NCBI GenBank assembly: GCA_037447605.1
Contig: CM074804.1
Location: 6,239,909 to 6,303,908, forward strand
DNA: 64,000 nt
Direction: 5' to 3'
Source: Zygnema circumcarinatum SAG 698-1b
Lineage: Eukaryota; Plantae; Zygnematophyceae
The notes below the pieces were generated by a model. The model ran no database searches. It worked only from the letters and a program-made list of their open reading frames with translations, and was not told the DNA's origin. Position numbers and translations under genes: made by a program. Positions within the stretch are counted from its first letter, which is position 1. Each line of letters opens with the position of its first letter. Positions 1 through 13,700 of the stretch are shown here, piece after piece.

Positions 1-91
1 TGAAGCTGGTGCCGACAAGTTTTCTGATGACGATGTCCACCCATACACACTGACTTGTAGGGCATGAATTGAACCGGTTCCTGATTGACAG

Positions 92-903
92 GAGATTCAC
101 GCGAGAACACATCTACAACTGCAGCAAGTGGTTGCCTCCACCATTCTCGCGGTTGATTCGAGAATCCAGTTGCCTCAGTGGCTCGTGGCAATGTTCAAGG
201 TATAGTATCTTCCTTTGAGTTCCTCCGTGCTAACCTGATTGCTGTGCACGTGAAGCAACAAAATGTAATAAGCGTGGTCATGGCTTGGCAGGATGGGCCG
301 ATTGGGGGCGACGTTGCCGCTCTTCTGCGCATTTTCCTCAATGCAAACTTGCTGGTGGAGGCGGCCACACTGGCCGTGCAGCATCTGCAATCATCCGCTA
401 GCCAGGTGCGCCTTCTCCACTGGTTCATCGTCGGAAACTGATACTAGCCTGACTTGTATAGTAACTCGGGAATGTTTCACATGCGATTCTGCCCGGGTTT
501 TGACTTCTATTGTAGTTGGCTTTGCCAGGGTGCCTCAATGGGGCTGACGGAAGTACAAAAGCGGAAGGCATTGGGCTGTGTCTGGATGCCATACAAGCAA
601 TTGGACCTGTTGCGCTCTCAGTTAACAGAGGCCATTCACACTCGATCTCATGAGTTCCCGGGCACTGATCTTCAGGCACTCCAAGATGAACTTGAAGAGG
701 CTCTAAACGAGCACTTGCAGCAGGTATTGGTCTATGCTAAGTCATTGCTTCTCTTGAACGTCGACTTCCATTCCACCATGTTGCCGCTGCATTCCACCGA
801 CTTCTGGCAATGTTTTCATTGCTTGCAGGTTAAGTTTCACTCTGATGATTTGAAGGCCTTAGGAGGAGACCTGGAGAACTTTGAAATTTCACCATCGCAG
901 TGA
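92..903 (+). CDS. NUP160: Nucleoporin NUP160, last four exons (5'-partial; gene enters from before the window)
   Basis: Exons 92-199, 292-405, 529-723 and 829-903 have GT-AG boundaries in phase. They give ...VASTILAVDSRIQLPQWLVAMFK / DVAALLRIFLNANLLVEAATLAVQHL / KRKALGCVWMPYKQLDLL...*, matching the plant NUP160 C-terminus as I recall it (IELPLWLVHMFK, SLLRLYLDYGR, RKRPSAVWFPY). Confidence 0.8.
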
Positions 904-2361
904 CACTAAGGCAGCATAACAAATACAGTATGCGGGGAAGAAGTTCATGTGGCAATCCATTCCTGTTGGTCGAGCATTGAGGCAGCATGTACATCGACAA
1001 TAAACGGCTGAACCTCAGAAATCAAAGCAGGTGCACTGCTCCAGGTTTTGTAGCTTTTGGATGTAGGAAGGGTCAATCAATTTTGCAGAATGTGCGGGGT
1101 TCTCAGCTCACGATATGCACATGAGAGTTTTCGCCAGTTTGTTGAACTAGTGTGCTTCGAGTAGTGGGCCTCGTTGCGGCGCAGGCTGCCCTTATCGCTC
1201 AGGCTCAGAAGCTGCTAAGCTTGGAAGGGCTCGGTTACCAATTTTCATTTTGTTCAACTGCAATAAATGTGAAAGGCAGGGCGACAGATTAGAGTGCGAT
1301 TTGAGAGTGGCTTAGTGGCTCCACGTGCAACTGCTGCCCCCCGCCTTGGCCCGCCGCATACAGCCGGCCCCCCTCTTTGCCAAAGGCCGACTCCTGCCCT
1401 TTGGAAGTTGACCGACTGCAGCCATGGACGAGCACCCATCGCTCTCTCTCCCAGGCAGGGCTGCCATCCTTTCTGCCGACAGTTCAGGAATCGCTGTTGT
1501 GTGTGGAACGTTTCAAATTTCCTACATGGACGGTCCTCGAGAAATATTCAATGCGTTTGTACATGGGGAGCTTGCCCGTGTTCGAAATTAGATCTATTTC
1601 ACACGTCTTCTCGAATTATACCACCAGGGGATTCACCATGAGCAGCAGTTTTGTGCAGTGCGAGTAGAGCCATACACATACCGCCGTGCCGTGCCGTGCA
1701 TGCCTCCATGGTGGTGATGGCAACTTAAGTCGATTAGGCTTGGGCCATTTCAGCGTGGTTAGGAAGAACGTTGACTTGGTTAGTAACTTACCAACTAGAA
1801 AATCACCAACCAGAGGTCCTGTCCACACAAATGCAAGCCGGACGAGTTACTCACTGCAATGTATGATGTGATGTGAAAAAAAAGAAAAAAAAAAACTCCC
1901 CGCATGAGCGTTAACTAATAACACTAACCAGACAGAATTGCAAACCAAAAAAAAAAAAAGGGAAAGACCATACATAAGTTCTATACTAGGTACAAACAGG
2001 CGAGCCAGACTCTGCCAAAATAAATATACAGACGATTGTTTGACTAAGATGTTCCTTACGCGTGCCAAGTGACTAACATTTACGACTAGAGAAAATGTAT
2101 ACCAAAACTTAACCAATATCCACTGTTTGATTGGTTTATGATTTGTCAATTCATGGCTAATAACTTCCACTTTGGCACCAGTCCAGAATACTACTTTTAT
2201 AGTCCCTAGTAAGCTCCTTTTAGTACTAGTCCGTAGCGAGTAGTTTTCTTGTCTGTAGTCTGTTGGTAGCACTGTAATCTCGCTCTTAGTCGCGGCTGCT
2301 TCGAGGGAAGGCTTTAAGTGTTGTTGCGCCGAGGCGTAGCTTTCCGCTCCATAGCTTTTCT

Positions 2362-2497
2362 TTTGTGCTTAGGTCCTTCGCGCCCAGTTAGTTCCTCGTG
2401 GTTCCCCATGATGACTTTGTCCCTGTACATTGGATGGCATCATCGCCATCATCATCATCATCATTGAGATCATTGGCCTTGCCATCGTGAGTTCAAT
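2362..2497. repeat. Dispersed non-coding repeat, copy 1 (copy 2 at 43563-43658)
   Basis: GGTCCTTCGCG.CCAG..GTTCCTCGTGGTT..CCATG...TTTGTCC.TGTACATT.GATGGCATCATCGCCAT...GTGAG.TCAAT is shared in the same orientation with 43563-43658. This copy has a (CAT)n expansion. Confidence 0.85.
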
Positions 2498-2567
2498 CAA
2501 ACATCTCCCCCCTTCTCCCTCTTCGTCATTAGTAATTGCTAGAAAAGAATCTGCCACCACCAGTGAC

Positions 2568-2798
2568 CCATGGCTCGATGCGGGCCATGCCCATGCCCAT
2601 GCGCATGCGTGCCCATGGCTCGATGCCGGTCATGCCCATGCCCATGCGCATGCGTGCCCATGGCTCGATGCGGGCCATGCCCATGCCCATGCGCATGCGT
2701 GCCCATGGCTCGATGCGGGCCATGCCCATGCCCATGCGCATGCGTGCCCATGGCTCGATGCGGGCCATGCCCATGCCCATGCGCATGCGTGCCCATGA
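2568..2798. repeat. 45-bp tandem repeat x5, CATG-rich minisatellite
   Basis: Unit CCATGGCTCGATGCGGGCCATGCCCATGCCCATGCGCATGCGTGC starts at 2568, 2613, 2658, 2703 and 2748. Copy 2 has two substitutions. Confidence 0.97.
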
Positions 2799-3204
2799 CC
2801 CCGCGTGGGCCCTCCCCAAAAGAGGCGTTTCCTGCGTGCCAAGGCGAGGCGGCCCTCCCAACTTCAATGTGCCACGTGGCACGCCCTCGTTCCCTCCCAA
2901 GGGTAACATTTGCACTGAGCAGGCAAATGTGTCCTCTCCTCAGCTGCTTGTGGAAATGCTCTTCCCCGTTGCGCTCGCTGGAGCTTGTCTGTGTTAGTGG
3001 CCGCCCGTAGCATCAAGCGGCATTGTGAAGGAATGTGCAGATTCGAAACAGTGCAGAGTTTCCTGAAATTCGTCCCCCGCTGTACTCAGTTTGTCATCAA
3101 ATAAGTAGTTTAATGAGTGAAGCAGTTAGGTCAAGGGAACCGCAAGGCAGGTGTTACAGCAGCTTCGCTCTTTTAGGAGGACTGCGGTTATATTGTGGGC
3201 TGCA

Positions 3205-6200
3205 ATGCATCACGTGGCAAGCACGGGGAACACCGCTGCAGCTTCGCGACCCCGAAAGGAGCGCCGAGTTACCTATGTTGTTCGCAGCTCAGACGAGGCT
3301 ACGGTGAGTCTTTCCTCATACTCAGCCCATAAACGGAACTTGGGAACGTTTTCCGGGTTTACGGTGCACCAGAGCAATTTAGATCGGACAGGAATTCTGC
3401 AGCAATTTAGGAAGGCTGGTACTGTCGCAGCAGAGCCCGCGTAAACATTTTCCAAACTGCGTTAGCAGGCTACTGCTGACTGCAGAGCTTGCAAGGTGAT
3501 AATTTTTCGGTGAAACGACAGTAGTCTGAAAGTCATTTACTCGTATTGTAGTTTAAACTAAAGCTACAGGTTCTGAGAGGAGGTTATGCTCACAAAATCT
3601 CTCCTGCGAGGGTTTGGGATGGGCTTCCAGCACTGTTCCGGAATCAATGCCCTCCAAGCAGCGTTCTCGGTTGACTCACTTAACGGTTGTGATGCGCCAC
3701 TAGAAGGAGATGTTCTCTTCAGTGGCAGTCGCGATGGAACCATAAAGCGCTGGGATCTGCAATCGGCGGAGCCATCTTGTGTGGCTACATTCGAATCGCA
3801 TGTTGACTGGGTGCGGGCCATTGCCTTCTTTAACAAATAGGACGTTCTGGCTAGTGAATTTGCTTAGGGCAAGAAACTAAAAAATAATTAACATCTTTTG
3901 AGAAGAGCGTAGCAATGAGATAGGCTAATCAGACTTGTAACCTGTGCAATAAACGAACTTCCAAGACTCAATGTCAGCCAACAGTGGTAGACTCTAGCGG
4001 CTCTCGGGATGTTCGGCTGAAGAGCAGGAGCTTTCGTCTGTTGACCTGCCAACAAAGGTGGTGGTAGTAAAATAGGCGTAAAGGCAGTCTTGAGATGCAT
4101 TTCACTGGCGACTTGCTTCCGTGCAGGTCAATGATATGGTTTTGGTCGGAAATGACGTTCTTGTTTCGGGATCTTCTGACACAAGCATCAAGGTGCTATT
4201 CTGCTCTCCTTTCCCAAGGATAGGAGAACAACGCCTGTCACAATAAAACCTATTGTGAACTTTAATTTTCTTCTTATTTGGGTTGTTGCTTTTTGTGGTA
4301 AAGGTCGGGCAGCAATTCATTAATATCTTGCATTTTGACATCTGTATTTGCATGTGCGTATTGCATTATTGAAGGCATGGCGAGCTTTTTCATCAGGGGA
4401 GTGCCTTCGCACATTCCGCCAGCATAGCGATTACGTCACTTCCTTGGCTGCTGCGCAAGACGTGAGTAACTCTCTTGATTTTTGGAAAGGGACAGCCGGT
4501 AACTTTTGCAACATTGCTGATTTGCAAGTCTGTGGATTATTGATAATTTTTAGTTTGTAATGGCGGCCGGCAATCTTGAAAGTGCCATGTCGGGGGTGGG
4601 GCAAGGACAGACGAATATTGTCGCTTCAGGTGGGTTGGGTTGTGAAGTATACGTGTGGGACTTGGAGGCAGCATTGGCACCCCTGGCAAGGCCTGCCGGA
4701 GATGGAAAATCCGAGAACAGCTTTGGTTCAGTTCAAGGAGAGGGCAGCTACACCAACCACGGAGGAATAAGCGGGGCCAAACCAGTAGGTAGTTTTATGT
4801 CAACCGGCAATGCAGCAGATCGGAACTATGCCGGTGGCAGCACACTAGCTGTTTCAGATGGCGGTATCTCAGAAGGGAGCTACACCCCTATAGCTGCTAA
4901 GGGCCACAAAGAATCTGTTTACGCCTTGGCAATGAACAGCACTGGAACTGTGCTGGTGTCCGGTGGCACAGAAAAGGTATGCTGGCTTGTACGTTATCAT
5001 GTTTCTGTTTTCTCCTTTTCGGCACCTCTTAGTTCCAAGCACAAACAATGTCTTGTTCACTGATTGCCTAGAGCAAGTAGTTGAAGGTAAGACACTACTG
5101 GTATGGCTGAGGCCATAGAATAAAGCATGCGGTTAGGAATGCGGGAGAGGGATGATGGTTTAATCCAGTGTGGGCAGCGAATGTGTCCAGGCATTGCGTG
5201 TGTGGGACCCCCGTACGGGAGCGAAGCAGTGGAAGCTCAAGGGTCATACTGACAATGTGCGGGCTGTCTTGCTAGACCCGTCAGGCCGGTGAGTTGTGCA
5301 TCTTTTGCGTTATGTGCATGGCAGGAAGATTTGTTTGGACTCATGCGAGGGTTTCCAGAGTTTTGCAAAAGGATCATTTCTGATGCTGATGATTATGGAT
5401 GACTAGCACTGCTGTTAAACAAGCTGACCATTTATTGTTTCGTTGCAGGCTGTGCCTATCGGGATCATCAGATTCGATAATCAGGTGAGCACTTTGCGGA
5501 ATTCTTTTGCCAGCCGGGATTTTGGCCAAGTTCAGGTGTAATTCCCGATGCAGTGTTGACGCAAGCTTTTGACTTGTGACTCTTTGGGAGACGTGGGCGA
5601 ATGGGAGAATTACAGGCTGTGGGATGTGGGACAGCAGCGTTGCATTCATTCTTACGCCGTTCACACAGATTCTGTTTGGAGTCTGGCTGGAAATCCTGCT
5701 TCCAACATAGTGTACAGTGGAGGCCGCGATGGCTGTGTGAGCATGCTTACCTTTTTCAGCCCTCGTATTCGTTTGAGAGGGATACCGGGCTCTTTTACTG
5801 AAGGATAGCTATGGGGTTTGTGTGGGGTATTGCTGAACATCAGATGTATGTAACAGATTTGGTATCGAGAGAGAGTATGCTACTGGCGGTGGAGGAGCAG
5901 CCAATTTTGCGCTTGGCTCAACAAGGCAAACATTGTATTTGGGCAGCCACAGCAAGTTCAACTCTTCGCAAATGGTCAACTGGAATAGTAGAGCAAGACC
6001 ATTCGCTGCGTACGAGTAGCTCCTTCAAGGCCGGGTCAGGACTTGCACGTGCGCGCTCTTCTATAGATGCCGCTGCATTAGAGGTATGTTGCTTATTTTG
6101 GATTACTTCCTTTAGTGTCTGCGGAAGAGATTCTGCAAGTATTTGAGTTGTGGAAACGATCTCGCTTGTATATTCTGAAGGAGCCGTTTGGCTCAAGGAT

Positions 6201-9200
6201 GTATCGTGAATATTGCTGCTGCATTAGAAATAAGTCGGGTTTTGGGAAGTTTTGAATACTGCTTTGGGTAGCACTCTTGAAGATCGGATATTAGTGATCT
6301 GTTGCTCTTTTGTCCTACAAGTGAAAAGTCCAGGGTTTTAAGTCTAGAGGGATAGATTTAGCAGGCATATTTTTGTTGGTGGGCAAGAAGCAGCGGAAGG
6401 TAAGGTTGAGGTTTTGAATTTGTTTGATATGAAGACTTGAAATGCTCGGGCGTTGTTGTGCAACTTTATTGCAAGTAAGCCACGGGACTCTTCTTGTCAG
6501 TTATTTGTGCAGGGAAGTGACTCCCATTCTTCCATCTGCAAGTGTAGTTTTCTGGAGCAGATGCTTACTGGATGGTTTTTTTTTGGCTGAGGGAGCGTCG
6601 TTGACATCCCTTAAGCAAATTAGACAGCCTTCGTGTGATGGGTTGTGACGAATGCTTTTGAAAGGCGGTCCCTTAAGTATTTTGTTGGGGCCTGGTGCAG
6701 GAGCCCCTTAATAAGACGCCCCAACAAGTAATTAATGGAAGCGCTGGCATTGTACGACACACTGTGCTAAATGATCGTCAAAGAGTCCTCACAAAGGTTT
6801 GTCCTTCAGCAATCCTTTATTGAGACCACAGGCACGGTGTAGTCATGATTGCCTTTCGTGACATGCTCGCGAATTCGGTACCTATTCTGCTCACGTGATA
6901 TCCTCCTCAGCTATTTTTAAATGCAGGATAAACTGGGCAGATGTGTTTACAGTGCTAGGGCAGATGTGTTTACAGTGCTAGGGACTGCAGTGATTCGACT
7001 GCATTTCTGGATATGGGGGGGAGGTACAGGATGCAGATGGAGTTGTGAAGTTATGGGAGATTACTCGAGGAGCAGTTCTTGAGGATTATGGCAAGGTAAC
7101 TGTCTGATCCCATCTAATGGGGTTGTTTTTCCAGGCTGGGAATGTTTTAGGTAATTACAACTATTAACTACGCATAACCTTTTGGAGAGCAATTGTGTGT
7201 TTTTGGGGTCGTTCCCAAGGCAAGGTCAATTGCCATGGCGGGCAAGCCGTGGCTGGCGAGTGCACTCCTGCCTGCTAGCGGGAATGCTATAGGATGGTAA
7301 CCAGCCTGGCTGACGATGATTCCTCCATATGGAAAAAAAAAACTTGAATGCCTTTGTAAGCATTTGTTGGCTTGGAAAATCGTGCTTAAGGGGAACTAGC
7401 TTCCTTTTGTGCAATCTTCTTTTTGATAGAAGGTGTGCTTGGGGAGATGGCAGGTGTCGTTTGAGGAGATGGAGAAAACGTTATTTGAGAAGGTGAGATG
7501 CTTGGCTCACTGTTTGACATGCTTAATAAGTGCAGCATTTCACAGGCATGCAGTTAAGAATTCTGTAGGGTGACACTTCCAGTAGATGAATTTTAGAAAT
7601 GTTCCTTTGGCTTATGTATAGAGAATCATCAGGATCTAATTAGAAGTGTAAAGCCTTTTTCATTATCCTAAAAATAGGAATGTCTTCCTTGTCGTGTTGG
7701 ACCACTACCCTTATAAGGGTTTCTTATTCACGTAGGAGTTTCTACCAATATCTGGAGGTGTCTGAATTAGGTGGTTGCTTTGGTATTGTTTCACGTACTG
7801 CACTTCGTATTCTTGGGTTGCCTGACAGTGATCGTGGCCTCCTTAAGCACAGCAAGAAACGCGTAGGACTAGATCATTCTCTCAGCAATTGACATCATTT
7901 TGGGTTGTGATGGCAGGTCACTGTCTCACCGTGGTTCACGATGGACACCCGCCTTGGCAGCATTGCTGTACACTTGGATACCCCACAGTGTTTTAGTGCG
8001 GAGATGTACGCAGCGGACAGTGTACCGGGTGCCCCAGAAGATCTTAAGGTGAGCAAAATACGAACCATAGCAGAACAGAGTAGCCATCATCCTTTTGTGA
8101 GGTCGGGGAAACGACCAATGGAGGAGATCAATTGACAGTTTTTTGTCCTGTGGTTTCAGATCAACCTGGGCCAGCATACCTTGCGTGGACTTTTTGAACA
8201 CTGGCTTGCACGGCGCCGGTCTCGAAGTAAGGCAATGCCAAATGGGGATGTGGCGAACGGCTTATTTGGTGAAACAACTGCGGATGGCGGAGCTGCAGGG
8301 ACCTCCAGTGGGGAGGATGCGCCAGGGGATGAACCATGGTTGGAGGGCATTCTGCCTGCCTTTCAGTTTTCGAGGATTTCCCCACCTTCCATCATTACAG
8401 AGGGCAGCCATGGCGGACCCTGGCGGCGTAAAGCGACAGAACTTGATGGCAGTGAAGGCACCAAAGTGCTACCCTTGTGGTGCATGGAGGCCGTTCTTCA
8501 TGACAAGCTGCCCCCCCGCGACCCTGCCAAGTAAGGTTATAAAACGTCTGTTTTCACGTCTGTAATATAACTGCCAGATCCAGTTCATGTGCTCCTCCCT
8601 GTGTGTAGAGGAGCGAGAACCTAGCATCTAAGGTCATGCTCATCGTCTTTTTTATGTACTTATTTCTAATCAGTGTTCGAATTTATTGCCTGACTTTACA
8701 GGTGTAGTTTCTTTTTGTTGCCTCAAGAAGGCTCGAATCTGCAGCCTCTGCCTCAGGGCAAGCTGACAGCTCCTCGAATTCTTCGAATCCAAAAGGTGCC
8801 CACTTTATGACGGTTGAACAGTTGCGTGCTAGCTGTAGCTGTAGCTGCAGCAGCAGCAGCGGCATCTTCAACAGTCAAGTTTGTCCACCTCGTGAGCCTA
8901 GCCACAATGTAATGCAAGTTCCTTGACCGACAAGCAATCATTTTTCTATTGCGTTGGCATGCTGCAGGTAATGAATTTTGTTGTTGAGAAACTGGAACTG
9001 GAACCTGCGGATGATGATGAAACAACTGCGACACCTGGAGCTCCAATATCTGCAAATGGCACGCATTCCTCTGGGCAGCCACGCCCTCGTAATACCAAAC
9101 TGGTTGAGATTTTGTGCAATGATGAGGTGTGTTTGCGTCATCTACATTAACAAGTTGGTCATGGTGGAAGGCAGCTAACATCACAAAGGGCATCCGTATT

Positions 9201-9474
9201 TTTCAGATTATTCAAGCAATAAGATCAGCACTGAGTAGAACAATGCAAAAAATTACCCTATCCACATCTTCCTGACCGTTCTGAAGCATTGCTTTTGTGG
9301 GGAAGGTGTTTTGCGTGTCCACTACTCTCATGCTTTGCATCAATCTGACCTTTCTGTCTATAACGTCTGATGCAGGTCCTATCTCCTGATGTCAGCCTGG
9401 TAACTGTTCGCGCTTATGTCTGGAAGAAGCCTGAAGATTTGTCCCTTTTTTACAGAACTGCGCAGCCACGGTGA
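3205..9474 (+). CDS. WDR48: WD repeat-containing protein 48 (UAF1 / Arabidopsis LRS1-like), multi-exon
   Basis: Spliced exons give MHHVASTGN...[101 protein letters not shown] and ...[12 protein letters not shown]. This is the WDR48 WD40 plus DUF3337 architecture. Confidence 0.95.
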
Positions 9475-10718
9475 TTTTGTGCTTTGGCCATATTGTTCAA
9501 AAACCTACTGTAGGCGTCGTACCACCAATGTTGTTTCGTCTGCTCTCACCCACAGGCCACCCCTTGGCCGCCTTAGGAAGCCGTACATGGCCGCAATTCT
9601 CTGGCACTTTGCAGATACGAGTAGTCCATCTGATGCTGACGGCTGCGTATTGGGTTGGCCATAGTCAAAGTGTGGTCCAAAAGTCTATGTTTCAGTTCAA
9701 TAATCAGGTCTCACCAGCTTAGTAAGGGCGCTGTAGATAGGGAGAGGGAATCCACTCTCCACCTGGGCCTGCACGCAGACCTGCTTGCCAGACAAGGAGA
9801 TTCAGTCCTGTCCTCCTGTCCTCGCATGCCACTTGTGTGGGAGGCCTTGCCAGCCTAGGGACCTGCCATGTTGGAGCTGTCGTTTTGTTTCACTAGAGAG
9901 CAGAGATAAGCTCCTCCCACACGCGATTTAGCTGGGCCCCTCTGCTGCTGGTGGGCTCTGGTTGATGCCATGGGGAGGAAGCTTGTGGATGGGCCCCGCA
10001 ATTTGTTGGCAGTGCCTGCCGCTCGCTATTGAGCCAGTCTTGCAGCCCTGTTCCTCTGCGTCAATGAGGGGTCGCGGGGCATTGTTCAAGATCCCGCGTG
10101 CGCCTTTGTAGGCATGGAGAGCGCTGGCTGCAGGACAAGGTCCAATGCTTGACAAGACTGGCGCAGATGCAGGCTGTGGTACAGGACATGCCAGACTCGC
10201 TCTTCGCCTCGCCAAGCACAATTTGCACGGTTTCCGGTCGCCGGCCTTTTCAGTTTGGTCTCTGTGCGCGCTTCTTTCGCTGCCGCATAATGGAGAGCAT
10301 CGGGTTTTTAGGGTTTTTAGCTAAAAAGCCAAAAAGCTTTTTTTTTTCTTCAATTGCACGACGTGGTTCTGTCACTCGGAGTCCCTTATCAGACATATAT
10401 AACATGTTTTGTTCGTGCTCCAACAGATGATATTTTTTCCTTTGGACTCCCCCCCCCCCTCCCAGCACACCCTCTTCAATGTGTTACCCATTGCATGTAC
10501 TTTTACAGAACTGCTTACATTTACAAAAACGCGCGTCCAATTTCTGGCTCCAATTTTTTTAGCCTGATCCAATTAAAGGATACAAACGGGTTCAGCTCGT
10601 TCTACAACACAACAAAACTGCGGCGATTAGTGGCAACACTTCCACTGGGCGCGGAATTGAGACGGAGGCGTGCGCAGGGCCCTCACTCCGTCCCTCCCTC
10701 CCCCCCCCATCCCTTTAT

Positions 10719-13700
10719 CTAGAGGCGGGCAGGGCGCGAGTGCTCCCTGGTCGTCCGCCTCTCGCGGTCACGAGGCAGGTCCAGCTCCGCTCCAGGTGGC
10801 AAGGGCGCCAAGTGGCGCTGCACCGCAGTGGGACTGACGGCCTCCAGGGTTGGGGGGCTCCACTGCAGCGCCACGTGGTCAAACCATCCATAACATTACG
10901 TGCTGGGAAATAAAGTGCCGTTGCCAAATTTGACATGCGCTGTGACATAGTTCAAATGCGAGAGCAAGCGAGAAAGAGAGAGGAGAGAGAGAGAGAGAGA
11001 GAGATTCATAAAAAAAAATGCGGATGACATCTCCGAAGTGGAGTTGGATGGTCCTAGCGTGTTACATGGTGAAGCCCCACGAGGGGCCATGCCCGGACTG
11101 CCCTTACCTGCGGGGAGTTGTCCTTGTCGACCAGCAGTGCCCGCACTCCCTGCACCACCAAAACCCCCGCATCCGCCACAATCACAAGCAGCACATGGCG
11201 CACATGTTGCAGCTTGGCCTGAAAGCCACACCGCGCTTGCTGAGGAGCACTTAGTGATAGGCGAGACACAGCTGTACTGCCAGTTTCATAAAACAACGGC
11301 AAGCACAAAAGCCGACCACCTGGGCAGGCATATCGAGCGCAGCGAAAGTGAGCACATTGACAAGCAGTAAAGGAAGACAGGCGCACCTCATAAAAGTCAG
11401 AGCTGAACTCCGCCTCTAGGCAACGCACTGTTATGCGGTATTCTCGCAGCAGGCAGTCTCTGATACTTTGATGCCGCCCCGCTCGGATGGATTGAAGCGT
11501 CACCTTCTGACTAGTTGGTGAGCCCTTCGCCAACATTTTCAGTGTTTCTTCACACCAGCCTTCCCCAGCTGCCGCTTTTCTTTTCTGCAAAAAAAATTTC
11601 CAAAACAGTGAATTCTGCTAAATGCCATCCATGCATCGCGAAAGCCAAAAGACAAAGCAGAAAGCGAACCATAACGTCTGAGCACATCTCCCACTCACCA
11701 GAGATGCTACTATGGTCTCGACACTGTCGAGTGAAAAGCAATCATCAATTACATCTCGCCTGCATGCCAACAGAGTGCCGCATGTTGGCATAGGTGATGT
11801 GTGTACTGGCAACAAAGCTCAGGTTTTATGGCAAGGCTAGGAGTTTGCCAAATTCCTTGTGGCATCAAGCACTCGTGCACAGCCCGAAATTGCTACAGGG
11901 CTCATAAGATACGATGAGGGCCGATGACCGTTTTCACAAGAAGGAAATGCCTCCTATGCCTTCCAGACATAGCACCTGCATCGAAAAAGTAGACATTGCG
12001 TGAAAGAAAGAGAGGCATTGTCTCAAAGCTAACATGTGTATTGGGCTTGTGGGAGATAGATCTGGTTTCTCGCTGTAATCCTTGATGGCCAGACGGACCG
12101 CCACCGGCTCAGCTGCCGGCAGCTCACCCAGACGCTCCTCCAGCGCATCCAGATGCTGCATAAAGCATACACAGGCCACATACGCTGCCCTGTCAGCCGC
12201 CCGACTGTGCAATCATGAAGCAACATCCTGCACTCTCCCAAGATCCTTCAAACCATCCAACAACAATCATGTATCAAATTGGTTCACGCCTTGAATCCGT
12301 TGCGGCCATATGCAGAGGGGAAAAGAACACCTCCGCGGGAACTGTGTGAGTGGCAAGGCCAGCATGCAGCATGTCAGCAGCATCCAGGCGGGCACCAGTG
12401 AGACCCAAATATTCGCCTGCATGTAGAAAAGAGAAGATTAGCACTTAGGACGACACTTTCCCGTCAACTAAGTCCCACTGAGTTACAAACATCTAGCCCA
12501 AAAACATGAAAGGGCCTCAGCTCCAAAAGTCTTCAGTGAGGATATTGTGCCCATGTGCCCATTATCTACTTGAGCATGTCTAGTCTAAAGTATTACTCCC
12601 TCAGAATGGACCCCAGCCCCAAAACACGGCTGATAGAGACCCTGGTTGCCCCATTGAATAAAATATTGAAAAATCTTTATGGCGCTGACCAAAACATCCA
12701 CTAAAGTATCAAGACTTGCACCCGAACTGCACAAGATTCAGTTAGAGCTATTTCTATCCCATAAGTTATAGCTTTGCCATGTTCGCACAAACACAATAAA
12801 GTTAACACTTTTGCCACTCCCAGACTTGGATAGACAGTTCATTGAGGAGTTTCTATGAACTGGCATCCAGTTCCTCCCATTCCTTTATCCGGTACGTTCC
12901 GAGAAGTTATGGGCTTTTTCAGCCTTTGTCTGTGGCTTCTAATTCAGTACAAGCACATTCGATCATTCAGCTGTTTCTGCAGTAGGTCTGCCAGTCAAAA
13001 CCGGCAGATAGTAAAAGATTCGCACTCACCAAGGTGGCCTGGCAGACGTGCAAGAAAGTACGAAGCCCCTACATCAGGATGCAATCCGATGGCAGTCTCC
13101 GGCATTGCGAATACCTTCCATCCATCGCACAATTACTACATCAGTTGATACAGAACTTATGGTGGAGATGAACAGGCATAACGAGGAAGCAAAGGAAATA
13201 GGGCCAAGATCAAATCACCGCATTTTCAGTGGCGACACGAAAACCGCCAAGCATTGAAACGCCGTTACCTCCTCCCATGACCACGCCGTTCAAAAGGGCC
13301 ACCTGCAACAGAAGACAGTCTATTGCTCATGCTCTAAACGGCAATGGAGAGACTACAACGGCTCTAAAGAACCCATCAATATCGATTTGAGAAGTGAATA
13401 AAGCTGCATTGGTGCCTGAGGATGGCCCGTGTACAGGCCGGTTTGTAAAATTCACGGACATGCGGCTTCTTCAATGTAGCCAAAACATAATTAAGCTTGT
13501 ACTCCTCCCGGAAAAATTCCTTGCAGGCTTCCAAGTCACCTGGAAACCACCTTCCCCTAACTTATTCCTAAAATTCTTCTTCAAAAGAACGTGGCTCAGA
13601 CTTCCAGGTTCCTACCACTAGCCATACTCTCAAATTCCAGAGGCACAAGAAGCACGAAGGACTGCAATAGTCTAGCTTGTGCAGCTTCAATTACCACATA

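Noticed and set aside
2568-2798. Possible CRISPR-like array
   Set aside because: Contiguous tandem units with no unique spacers, in a eukaryotic context with no cas genes.
2430-3010. Several ORFs with HAHA/MPMP/CPCP repeats
   Set aside because: They are translations of the 45-bp minisatellite in all frames, with no coding evidence.
6936-6983. 23-bp tandem duplication in a WDR48 intron
   Set aside because: Ordinary slippage duplication with no sign of function.
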